A stretch of DNA of 64,000 nt from an uncultured Solirubrobacterales bacterium. GTDB taxonomy: Bacteria; Actinomycetota; Thermoleophilia; Solirubrobacterales; Solirubrobacteraceae. Under the pieces are notes generated by a model. It was not told the DNA's origin. It made no database searches and saw only the letters and a program-made list of their open reading frames with translations. Made by a program: the position numbers and the translations under genes. Numbering within the stretch: position 1 is the stretch's first letter; each line of letters begins with the position of its first letter. This document shows positions 30,088 through 38,872 of this stretch, piece by piece. Where the stretch lies: contig CAWIRN010000021.1 in assembly GCA_963838535.1 (NCBI GenBank), forward strand, positions 379,901 to 443,900, written 5' to 3'.

Positions 30088-31144
30088 ATGGCATCGCTGG
30101 ACAACCTCCCCGCTGATGAGAGCGCGGTTCTCCAACTCGTCCTGAAACGGGGGCGCAGCTATGACGAGATCGCACGGCTGCTGTCGATCGACCGGGGCGC
30201 GGTGCGGGCCCGAGCGCTGTCCGCGTTCAGCGCGCTCGGCCCCCAGACTCGGGTCGCCGCCCGAGCGCCGGGCGCTGATCACCGACTACCTGCTCGGACA
30301 GCTCCCCCCGCGCGTCAGCGAGGAGACCCGAGCGCGACTGGCTGAGTCGCCCAGCGAGCGCGCGTGGGCGCGGGTGGTCGCCTCCGAGCTCGCACCGATG
30401 GCCAGCAGCCCGCTGCCCGAGATCCCCACCACGCTGGCGCCCGAGGAGCTGACGTCCCCCCCGGAGGCTCAGCCGCCTCCGGTCGCCGCCGCCGGCGAAT
30501 CAGCGCCCGAGCCACCGGCCCAGCGCGACGGCACGCCCCAGGCGCCGCCGGAGGAAGGCAAGCCCAAGGCGCCGCGACAGCGCCGGGTCTCGCGGTTCGG
30601 AGGGATGGTGCTGATCGGAGGCGCGGTGATCGTCGTGCTGATCGTCGTGATCGCGGTGATCGCGTCTGGCGGGTCGAGCAGTTCGAGCAGCACCAGCACC
30701 AGCACCAGCACCACACGCAGCGCAGCCAGTCCGGCCGCCAGCGCTTCGACGACGGCCCCGACCGTCTCGACCACGTCGACCGCCGCGAAGGTCGTGGCCC
30801 AGATCAACCTGCTCCCGCCGATCGCCGGCAGTAAGGCGGCCGGCATCGCGGAAGTGCTCAAGGAGGGCGCCACCGACGCGATCGCCATCGTGGCGCAGGA
30901 CGTCCCGGCCAACACGACCCACCCGCCGAACGCCTACGCGGTCTGGCTCTACAACTCCCCCACGGACGCCCTCCGCCTCGGGTTCGTGAACCCGGCGGTG
31001 GGCAAGACCGGCAAGCTCTCGACCGCTGGCCCGCTACCGGCCAACGCCTCGCACTTCAAGCAGCTCATCATCACCGTGGAGACGCAGGCCAAACCGTCCA
31101 AGCCCGGGACGATCATCCTCCAGGGCGCCATGACCGGATTCTGA
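30088..31144 (+). CDS. Sigma-70 region-4-like HTH fused to anti-sigma-like domain, TM and RskA-like extracellular domain; frameshift near 30255
   Basis: LDNLPADESAVLQL...GRSYDEIARLLSIDRGAVRAR; ITDYLLGQL; TM; Ser/Thr linker; AYAVWL...LGFV...IITVE....PSKPG.IILQG. Confidence 0.65.
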
Positions 31145-31163
31145 GGGTCCCCCGGACCCTCAG
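31141..31163. terminator. Hairpin between convergent genes
   Basis: CTGAGGGTCC-CCC-GGACCCTCAG, perfect 10-bp stem; no U-tract. Confidence 0.5.
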
Positions 31164-31194
31164 CCCGGGGCGTTGAGCGTCAGTCGGTCGCGGG

Positions 31195-31629
31195 TCAGCC
31201 GCAGATGCGCCTCAGCCCGTCCAGCGCCTGATCGAGCTTGCGCGCCGTCGCCCGGCGTAGCAGGATCCCGCCGGTACGGGAGTAGCCGCGCAACTTCTGC
31301 TGCTGTTCGATCGTGACCTGGGTGCCGCCGTCGACGGGCTCGAGCGCGATCTCGATGATCGACTCGTTGAGCACCCGCTCGAACGGCGTTCCGGTGATCT
31401 CCTGCTCCCAGGAACGCAGCCATGGCGGATGGGACTCGAGCAGATGAAAGTCGGCTCGTACCGGACGACCCTTCTGGGTGGTGAACACCAGTGTCCATCG
31501 GTCCGGCGCCACCCCCTCCACCCGGGCCACGTCCGGCCACCAGCGCGGCAGGTGGTGGGGATCCTCGATGAGCGCCCACACAGCCTCCGGCGTGGCGGCG
31601 ACCGTGCGTGTTCGCCGAGCCGACGGCAT
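31195..31629 (-). CDS. SRPBCC (START-like) family protein
   Basis: RTVAATPEAVWALI.DP..LPRWWP; LEPVDGGTQVT; C-terminal helix. Confidence 0.85.
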   Translation of the reverse strand: MPSARRTRTVAATPEAVWALIEDPHHLPRWWPDVARVEGVAPDRWTLVFTTQKGRPVRADFHLLESHPPWLRSWEQEITGTPFERVLNESIIEIALEPVDGGTQVTIEQQQKLRGYSRTGGILLRRATARKLDQALDGLRRICG

Positions 31630-31633
31630 GGGC

Positions 31634-32161
31634 TCAGTCGGCGTAGTCGATCAAGGCATGCACCGGATACGGCCCCAGACGAGCGCGGGCGCCCAGAAAA
31701 CTCAGCTCGACCAGGAACGCGCACCCGACGATCTCGGCGCCCAGCCCGCTGACCAGTTCGCACAACGCTCCGGCGGTGCCACCGGTGGCGAGCAGATCGT
31801 CGTGCACCAGCACCCGGACGCCGCCGGCCAGCGCGTCGGCGTGGAGCTCGAGCGCGTCGATCCCATACTCGAGTGCGTATTCCGCGCCGACGGTCGCATG
31901 GGGAAGCTTGCCGGGCTTGCGGGCCGGCACGAAGCCGGCACCGAGCGCCCGGGCGAGCGCCCCGCCCAGGATGAACCCGCGGGCCTCGGCCGCGACCACG
32001 AATTCGACCTGCAGTGGCGCGGCGAGCTTCGCGAGCCCCGACACCGCGGCGTCCAGCGCACCGGGATCGAGCAGCAGCGGCGTGATGTCCTTGAACACGA
32101 TCCCGGGCCGGGGGAAGTCCGGGATGTCACGGATGAATGTCCGCAGGTCGACGGCGCTCAC
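31634..32161 (-). CDS. apt: Adenine phosphoribosyltransferase
   Basis: IPDFPRPGIVFKDITPLL, EARGF, RKPGKLP, DDLLATGGT. Confidence 0.97.
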   Translation of the reverse strand: MSAVDLRTFIRDIPDFPRPGIVFKDITPLLLDPGALDAAVSGLAKLAAPLQVEFVVAAEARGFILGGALARALGAGFVPARKPGKLPHATVGAEYALEYGIDALELHADALAGGVRVLVHDDLLATGGTAGALCELVSGLGAEIVGCAFLVELSFLGARARLGPYPVHALIDYAD

Positions 32162-32201
32162 GGCTCCGGTACCCTCCCCGCGCTGGCTCAGACGGCGACC
32201 A

Positions 32202-32966
32202 CTAGGTGGCGATCTTGCGCAGATCGCGGATCAGCAGCAGGTGCTTGAGGTGGGTGGTCACCGAGGCCAGGTTCTCCAGCGCCTCGATCGCCTCCTTGCG
32301 GCGCTCGGGGTTGCGCGAGCGCAGCGCCGGCGCGAGGATGCTCTGCAGCAGTTGCGCCTCTCGGTCCGCGGAGCTGCGAAACACGCGCAGGTTGCGCCCG
32401 CCGACGCCGTAGCGAGCCAGCTCAGAGACCGCTCGGACGATCTCCCGCTCGGTCTCGTCGTAGTAGCGCGCGCCGCCCCGCGCCTCACCCTTGATCACAC
32501 CGAACTCGACTAGCTCGCGCACCAGCTTGGGGTCCGCCCCGGTTTCTTCGACCACGTCGTCGAGCGAATACAGCGCGCCCGGATCGCGCACCGTGACGCT
32601 GGCGCGTCGCAGCGTGCGGTGGTCTCCGGCCGGGGCGGTGACCTCGCGCTCCGCTCGTCCGCCCGCGAGCTCTTGGCGGATCACCCGCAGGGGAAGGAAC
32701 TCGTCGCGCTGCAGGCGCAGAATCGTTCGCAGCCGCTGGATGTCGTTCTGTGTGTAGAGCCGGTACCCGCCCTGGGTGCGGCGCGGCGCGAGCAGCTTCT
32801 GGTCCTCGAGGTAGCGGATCTTGGAGATCGAGATGTCGGGAAACTCCTGGTGCAGCGCCTTGCACACCGCCCCGATGGTGACCGCTTTCTGGCGCGGAGA
32901 CTCCCCATCGTGCCCTGATGGGTCCGAAAACTCGACCTCTGGGTTGCCGGTGTCGATGCCGGACAT
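32202..32966 (-). CDS. MerR-family regulator with two HTH modules (FtsR-like)
   Basis: TIGAV...L..EFPDISISKIRYLE...L.P.RT.GGYR.Y, LQRDEFLPLRVI; directly downstream of the FHA gene as in other actinobacteria. Confidence 0.88.
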   Translation of the reverse strand: MSGIDTGNPEVEFSDPSGHDGESPRQKAVTIGAVCKALHQEFPDISISKIRYLEDQKLLAPRRTQGGYRLYTQNDIQRLRTILRLQRDEFLPLRVIRQELAGGRAEREVTAPAGDHRTLRRASVTVRDPGALYSLDDVVEETGADPKLVRELVEFGVIKGEARGGARYYDETEREIVRAVSELARYGVGGRNLRVFRSSADREAQLLQSILAPALRSRNPERRKEAIEALENLASVTTHLKHLLLIRDLRKIAT

Positions 32967-33433
32967 CAGCGACTCAGGAAGGCAAGTTTGTACTTGCCGA
33001 TCTGGAGCTCGTCGCCGTCGGCCAGACGGTGCGACTCGATCCGATGCCGGTTGACATAGGTGCCGTTAAGCGAGCCACAATCGTCAAGGAAGTGGTCGCT
33101 CCCGCGGCGCACGACGACTGCGTGGTCACGCGATACGGTCACGTCGTCAAGGAACACATCGCTGTCGGGGCGGCGCCCGATCGTGATCCGGTCGCCCTCC
33201 AACGCGAAGCTCTCCCCCGCTCGGCCGCCACCGGCGCGGATCACCAGCGCAGCGCCCCGAGCCACTACCTCCTCCAGCTCGACCACCTCCAGCTCGCCGG
33301 TCTCGCCGACCTTGTACGAAGCCGTCGTCGCTCCCGGGGCCGACTCGGACTGAGCCAGGAACGCCCCGCACCGTTGGCAGTAGTTGGCGCCATCTGCGTT
33401 TGCGAAGCCGCACTCTGGGCAGTGCTGGGCCAC
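32966..33433 (-). CDS. Zinc-ribbon + FHA protein (GarA/OdhI-like)
   Basis: CPECG..CQRCG, TT motif (ATTAS), IGRRPDSDVFLDDVTVSR.HA, SLNGTYVN. Confidence 0.92.
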   Translation of the reverse strand: MAQHCPECGFANADGANYCQRCGAFLAQSESAPGATTASYKVGETGELEVVELEEVVARGAALVIRAGGGRAGESFALEGDRITIGRRPDSDVFLDDVTVSRDHAVVVRRGSDHFLDDCGSLNGTYVNRHRIESHRLADGDELQIGKYKLAFLSR

Positions 33434-33445
33434 CGAGGTGCTGGG

Positions 33446-33700
33446 TTACTCGGGGTCAACAGCCGGCACGCGGCCGGCCAAGATATCGGTCAACTGCTGA
33501 ACGTCGGCGCCCGAGATCACCAGCTCCCCGCTCTCATCCTTCTTACGCAGCCGGTTGACGAGCTCGGCGCGCAGGATGTCGATCTTGCCGTGCATGATGC
33601 GCCGCCGGTAGGAGATCTCCATCTCCTCGTCGGTGAGCTGCTTGATGAGGTCCTTCAGTTCCTGATCGGTGAGTGAACCGAGGTCGGGAAATGTGTCCAT
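33446..33700 (-). CDS. rsiG: Single-motif RsiG-type c-di-GMP-binding anti-sigma factor
   Basis: EMEISYRRRIMHGKID fits E-x3-S-x2-R-x3-(Q/H)-x3-D, followed by ILRAEL; 84 aa; RBS GGAGGAG. Confidence 0.75.
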   Translation of the reverse strand: MDTFPDLGSLTDQELKDLIKQLTDEEMEISYRRRIMHGKIDILRAELVNRLRKKDESGELVISGADVQQLTDILAGRVPAVDPE

Positions 33701-33754
33701 GTGCTGGTGGCTCCTCCCCCGCCCGGCGGGGTCGATATGGCTGAGGCTCGGCCG

Positions 33755-33797
33755 AGTATAACCCGGACCCTCAGAGGGTCAAGCTGAGCTTGAGGGT
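33755..33797 (-). promoter_or_regulatory. Sigma-A-like promoter of the rsiG-FHA-merR operon with overlapping palindromes
   Basis: TTGACC-N16-TATACT on the minus strand; palindromes ACCCTC-A-GAGGGT (33767-33779) and TCAAGCT-G-AGCTTGA (33779-33793). Confidence 0.65.
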
Positions 33798-33822
33798 GTT
33801 TGTTGTGTGAGGCCACGCCGGC

Positions 33823-34431
33823 TCAGCGGGGTTGACGGGTCTGCTGCCAGCCGCTGCGCACATATAGCACCGTCGCGGTGAGCGACAACGCCATCCCCGT
33901 GTACAGCATCGCGAGCGCCAGCCAGTGCACGCCGGCCATCGCGAAAAACGGTGCTCCCATCGTCGGCGCGACTCCGATCCGGCCTGGCCAATTGATCTTC
34001 AGCTCCATCCCGCGCTTCAGACCGTACCGGCTCAGACCCAACATGAACAGCTCGCGCGCGACCACGATCACCAGGGCCCAGCGCGGCAACAGCGAGAAGC
34101 GGAACGCGACGGTCATACCCGAGATGACCAGGAGCCGGTCGACGATCGGGTCGAGCAGCGCCCCGAGGCGGCTGTACTGGCCGGTGAGCCGGGCCGTGAA
34201 GCCGTCGAGGTAGTCACTCCAGCCGATCACGGCATAGAGCACCACCGCGACCGTGTCCTGCCCGTTGGGGCTGGACAGCGCGAGCACGAGAAACACCGGG
34301 ATGCCGAGCAGCCGGGCGAACCCGATCGCGTTCGGGATCGTCCACGGGTTCAGTGGGTGGCCGGTGCGCGTCGCGTCCGGCGCCGGACCGGACCGGTCGA
34401 TCCCGAACAGACGACGCTTCGTGATTGGCAA
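33823..34431 (-). CDS. CDP-alcohol phosphatidyltransferase (PgsA-like)
   Basis: TIPNAI..R, DYLDG..AR...QYS.LG.LLDP.VDR signature; start codon uncertain. Confidence 0.9.
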   Translation of the reverse strand: MPITKRRLFGIDRSGPAPDATRTGHPLNPWTIPNAIGFARLLGIPVFLVLALSSPNGQDTVAVVLYAVIGWSDYLDGFTARLTGQYSRLGALLDPIVDRLLVISGMTVAFRFSLLPRWALVIVVARELFMLGLSRYGLKRGMELKINWPGRIGVAPTMGAPFFAMAGVHWLALAMLYTGMALSLTATVLYVRSGWQQTRQPR

Positions 34432-34522
34432 CAGGCCTAGCGGCCCTTCGCGGGCGAGAAATCGAAGCTTTCTCGGGGGGCCGCGGTTGCCCCGAGGCCC
34501 GGCATCACACCTGAACGGTCGC

Positions 34523-36205
34523 TCATGGCAGGGTGCTCCAGAGCTCCGCGACAGCCTGGGCCGCGCCCTGAATCGGAACCGTCCGCGATTCGCGCCCCCG
34601 TCTGACCTGGACTTCGATCTCACCGGCGGCGAGCGTACGCCGGCCGACCGTGAGCCGGACGGGGCAGCCGAGCAGTTCCGCGTCGGCGAACTTCTCACCC
34701 GGCCCGGCATCGCGATCGTCGTAGAGCGTGTGCAACCCCGTCTGCTCCAGCTCGCGATACAGGCGGTCCGCGAGCTCACGCTCGTCACTGCCCGGCTTGC
34801 CCAGCACCACCAGTTCGACGTCGAAGGGGGCGATCGCCCGTGGCCAGGAGATTCCGTGCTCGTCGGCGTACTGCTCGACCGCGGCCGCCGTCGCGCGCGC
34901 CGGCCCGAAGCCGTAGGAACCCATCCACACCAGTTGCTTCTTGCCCGTCTCATCCAGGAACGTGGCGCCCAGCGGGTCGGAGTACCGCGTTCCGAGCTGG
35001 AAGATGTTGCCGATCTCGATCGCGGGCTCGATCGTGATCGCGCTCCCGTTGACGGTGTCACCGGCCACGACCGTCCGCACATCCACCGTCTCGTATGCGA
35101 AGTCGCGGCCGGGCTCGACCCCCCGCAGGTGAGCGTCCGGGCGGTTGGCGCCCGTCACATACCCCCCCGGCGCCACGGCCGCATCGAGCAGGATGGGCAT
35201 CGCGGCCCCGACCGGACCGATGAACCCCGGCGGCCCCAGCCGCTCCGCGACCTCCTCCGGGCGGGCGGCGCGGAACCCCTCCCGTATCGCCGCCTGGAGC
35301 TTGAGCTCGTTGACGCGGTGGTCACCCCGCACCATCACGAGCCGCATGCTGCCGTCCTTCAGCACGATCGGATACGCCTTCAGCAGCGCGCCGGCTGGGA
35401 CCCCGAGCGCGCGCACAACCGCATCGACCGTCGTCATCCCCGGCGTCTGCACGAGCTCGGGGGCATCCAGGCCCGCCGGGAGCGAGACCGGCTGCGCGTC
35501 CGCACTGGCGATCTCGACGTTGGCGGCGTATCCGGGGGCCAGCGCTACGTCGTTCTCGCCGGCGGCACAGGGCGCCATGTACTCGTGCGCCCCCACCCCA
35601 CCCATCATCCCGACGTCCGCCTGCACCCGGTACCACTCGAGCCCGCAGCGATCACACATCCGGTCGTACGCCTGCACGTGCTTCTCGTAGGCGACGGCCA
35701 AGCCCTCCGCATCACGGTCGAACGTGTAGGCGTCCTTCATGATGAACTCCCGCGTCCGCAGCACGCCGGCGCGCGGGCGAGGCTCGTCGCGCTCCTTGAT
35801 CTGGAAGTGGTACAGAATCAGCGGCAGATCGCGGTAGGACTGCACAGCCGCCGCGACGTGGCCGGTGACGATCTCCTCGTGGGTCATCGCGAGCACCATG
35901 TCGGCGCCGCGCCGGTCCTTGAGCTTGAACAGCTCGTCGATGTCGTAGCGGCCGGTGCGCCGCCACGGCTCGGCCGGGTGCAGCACCGGCATCAGCATCT
36001 CCTGCCCGCCGATCGCGTTCATCTCCTCACGCACGATCTGGACGACACGCTGATGCGTCCGCCAGCCGGCCGGCAACCAGGACCACAGGCCCGATCCGAC
36101 CTGACGGATCAGACCGGCCCGGACCATCAGCTTGTGCGAGATCGCCTCCGCATCGGCCGGCGGCTCGCGCTCAGTGGGAAGGAAGTAGGTGGAAAGCAAG
36201 GTCAC
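34523..36205 (-). CDS. proS: Proline--tRNA ligase (with editing insertion)
   Basis: SHKLMVRAG, THEE, RDEPRPRAG.LRTREFIMKDAY, EIGNIFQLG, MGSYG.G. Confidence 0.97.
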   Translation of the reverse strand: MTLLSTYFLPTEREPPADAEAISHKLMVRAGLIRQVGSGLWSWLPAGWRTHQRVVQIVREEMNAIGGQEMLMPVLHPAEPWRRTGRYDIDELFKLKDRRGADMVLAMTHEEIVTGHVAAAVQSYRDLPLILYHFQIKERDEPRPRAGVLRTREFIMKDAYTFDRDAEGLAVAYEKHVQAYDRMCDRCGLEWYRVQADVGMMGGVGAHEYMAPCAAGENDVALAPGYAANVEIASADAQPVSLPAGLDAPELVQTPGMTTVDAVVRALGVPAGALLKAYPIVLKDGSMRLVMVRGDHRVNELKLQAAIREGFRAARPEEVAERLGPPGFIGPVGAAMPILLDAAVAPGGYVTGANRPDAHLRGVEPGRDFAYETVDVRTVVAGDTVNGSAITIEPAIEIGNIFQLGTRYSDPLGATFLDETGKKQLVWMGSYGFGPARATAAAVEQYADEHGISWPRAIAPFDVELVVLGKPGSDERELADRLYRELEQTGLHTLYDDRDAGPGEKFADAELLGCPVRLTVGRRTLAAGEIEVQVRRGRESRTVPIQGAAQAVAELWSTLP

Positions 36206-36293
36206 GCCGACAAAAGCCTAGCCGCAGCATGTCAATCGGCCCCGCCGGTCTGATAGAACCGCACACAACCCCGCGAAGAACAGGAGCCCAGCC

Positions 36294-36899
<606 letters not shown>

Positions 36900-37021
36900 T
36901 CGCAGTAGCAGCCGCCGCGCGCAGACCGTTCCCCCCGAACACGCGGAACGCAGCGCGCGGCGGCCATTCGCCCTGGGCTTGGACGGAGGTCGTGACCGGC
37001 TGACGCGTGTGAGCGCGTCCG

Positions 37022-38305
37022 TCAGGTGCGCAGGAAGCGACGCCCGGCCACCGGCGAGACGTCCTCGTCGAGGCGCACACGCTCGGCCTCGATGACCGAG
37101 ATCAGCGCCGCATCGGCGTCCTCGTCGTCCGCGGCAGCGGCTTCCATGGCCGCGATCCGCTCGGGCGTCAGCTCGCCCGCGTTCTCCGCCTCGATCCGCT
37201 CCAGCCACTCGGCGCCCTGAGCCGCCTCGGAGGCGTCGACGTCGACGCGTTTGGACGCGACGTACTTGTCGATCTCGGCAAACAAGGTATCGACGAGCTG
37301 ATCCGTCGGCACCTTGCGCAGCGGCTTGCCGCGGCTGAACACGAGGCCCTGGTTCAGGGCGCCGGTGATGCCGAAGTCAGCGTGCGAAGCCTCACCGATG
37401 CCGTTGACGGCGCAACCGAGGACAGCCACCTCGATCGGGTCCGCGTAGGCCTCGAGCCGGCGCTCGATCTCGGTCACCACGGTGTCCATGTCGAACTGCA
37501 AGCGGCCACAGGTGGGGCAGGCGATCAGGACCGGTCCGCGCTCGCGCAGGTGCAGCGCCTTGAGGATCTCCCACGCCACCTTGACTTCCTCTTCGGCGTG
37601 AAACGTCGACAGGGAGATGCGAATCGTGTCGCCGATTCCGTCGGCCAGCAGCGTCCCGAGCCCGACCGCCGACTTCAACGAGCCCGACCACTTGGTCCCG
37701 GCCTCGGTGATCCCGAGGTGGAGCGGATACGGGATCCGTTCGGAGAGCAGACGGTTGGCGGCGATCGTGTAGGGGACATTGGTCGATTTGAGTGACACCT
37801 TGAAATCCTGGAAGCCGATGCGCTCCATCAGCTCGACGAACTCCACCGCTGCGCCGACCAGTGCCTGGACCGGGTCCTCGCGCTCGAGCGCGTGCAGGTG
37901 CTTGGGCAGCGACCCGGAGTTCACGCCGATCCGCAACGGCGTACCGAGCTCGGTCGCGCGCTGGGCGACCAGCGCCACCTTGTCAGGGCCGCCGATGTTG
38001 CCCGGGTTCAGGCGCACGCAGTGCGCGCCGGCATCGAGCGCCTTGAGCGCCAGCGTGTAATTGAAATGGATGTCGGCGATGACCGGAATCGGGGAGTCGC
38101 GCACAATCGTCTTCAGCGCCTCGACGTCCTGGTCGCGGGGCACCGCCACGCGCACGATGTCGGCTCCTGCCGTGGCGACCCGGCGAATCTGGTCCATCGT
38201 CGCCTGCAGGTCGGCCGTTTCGGTCTTCGTCATCGTCTGGACGGCGACGGGCGCGCCGCCGCCGATCGGCACGCCGCCGACGCGGATTTGGCGTTGTGAG
38301 GGCAT
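37022..38305 (-). CDS. ispG: HMBPP synthase, with acidic C-terminal extension
   Basis: VQTMT, ADIHF, RLNPGNI, RIGVNSGSL, HLGITEAG, ACPTCGR, GCAVNG.GE. Confidence 0.96.
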   Translation of the reverse strand: MPSQRQIRVGGVPIGGGAPVAVQTMTKTETADLQATMDQIRRVATAGADIVRVAVPRDQDVEALKTIVRDSPIPVIADIHFNYTLALKALDAGAHCVRLNPGNIGGPDKVALVAQRATELGTPLRIGVNSGSLPKHLHALEREDPVQALVGAAVEFVELMERIGFQDFKVSLKSTNVPYTIAANRLLSERIPYPLHLGITEAGTKWSGSLKSAVGLGTLLADGIGDTIRISLSTFHAEEEVKVAWEILKALHLRERGPVLIACPTCGRLQFDMDTVVTEIERRLEAYADPIEVAVLGCAVNGIGEASHADFGITGALNQGLVFSRGKPLRKVPTDQLVDTLFAEIDKYVASKRVDVDASEAAQGAEWLERIEAENAGELTPERIAAMEAAAADDEDADAALISVIEAERVRLDEDVSPVAGRRFLRT

Positions 38306-38349
38306 GAGTGCAGTGTAGAGCGGGCTCGGGGGTGGCTCGCCGCCGGAGC

Positions 38350-38862
38350 TCAGCCGTCGTCGCCGGCCCCAGCGTCGCCACCACCAGCCGCGTGGCCGTC
38401 GCCGCCAGGGTTACCGCCGCCTCCAGGACTATCACTGCCGCCCGTACCACTGCTGCCACCACCGCCTCCGTCGCCCTCGCGGCCGCGGCGCACCGCCATC
38501 GCGCCGAACGTCGCGGCGGCCAGCACGAGCAGCACAAGGATCACGATCACCGGTGTCGGCAGAAATGATCCGCCCGAACCGCCGCCGCCACTCTCGCTGT
38601 TGGAGTGGCTGCCCGTTTGCGCCAGCAATGCCCGGTTGATGACGTCCGAGCAATTGGTGTACTCCTTGACGTCGGCGGGCAACGTGCTGAGCGCCGTCTG
38701 AAGCTCACCCAGCGAGTAGGTTTGGGTGAGACGGCCGTGTGCGTTGCAGTCCGCCACGACGGGATTGAGGCTCGCCGCCCCGGCCGGTGCGACGAACGCA
38801 GCTCCGGTCAACGCGGCGACGGTGCCGAGCATCGCCATCAGGAGCTGGAGCCGCGTTTTCAT
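38350..38862 (-). CDS. Small secreted protein with C-terminal membrane anchor
   Basis: Signal peptide, two-Cys helical domain (VADC..LPADVKEYTNC), Gly linker, FLPTP-TM-RRGR. Confidence 0.75.
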   Translation of the reverse strand: MKTRLQLLMAMLGTVAALTGAAFVAPAGAASLNPVVADCNAHGRLTQTYSLGELQTALSTLPADVKEYTNCSDVINRALLAQTGSHSNSESGGGGSGGSFLPTPVIVILVLLVLAAATFGAMAVRRGREGDGGGGGSSGTGGSDSPGGGGNPGGDGHAAGGGDAGAGDDG

Positions 38863-38872
38863 CGCGAGAAGC

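Noticed and set aside
34253-36253. Long antisense ORFs (for example 666 aa opposite proS, 669 aa at 49566-51575, 607 aa at 43267-45090)
   Set aside because: Shadow frames of GC-rich genes, with no recognisable motifs.
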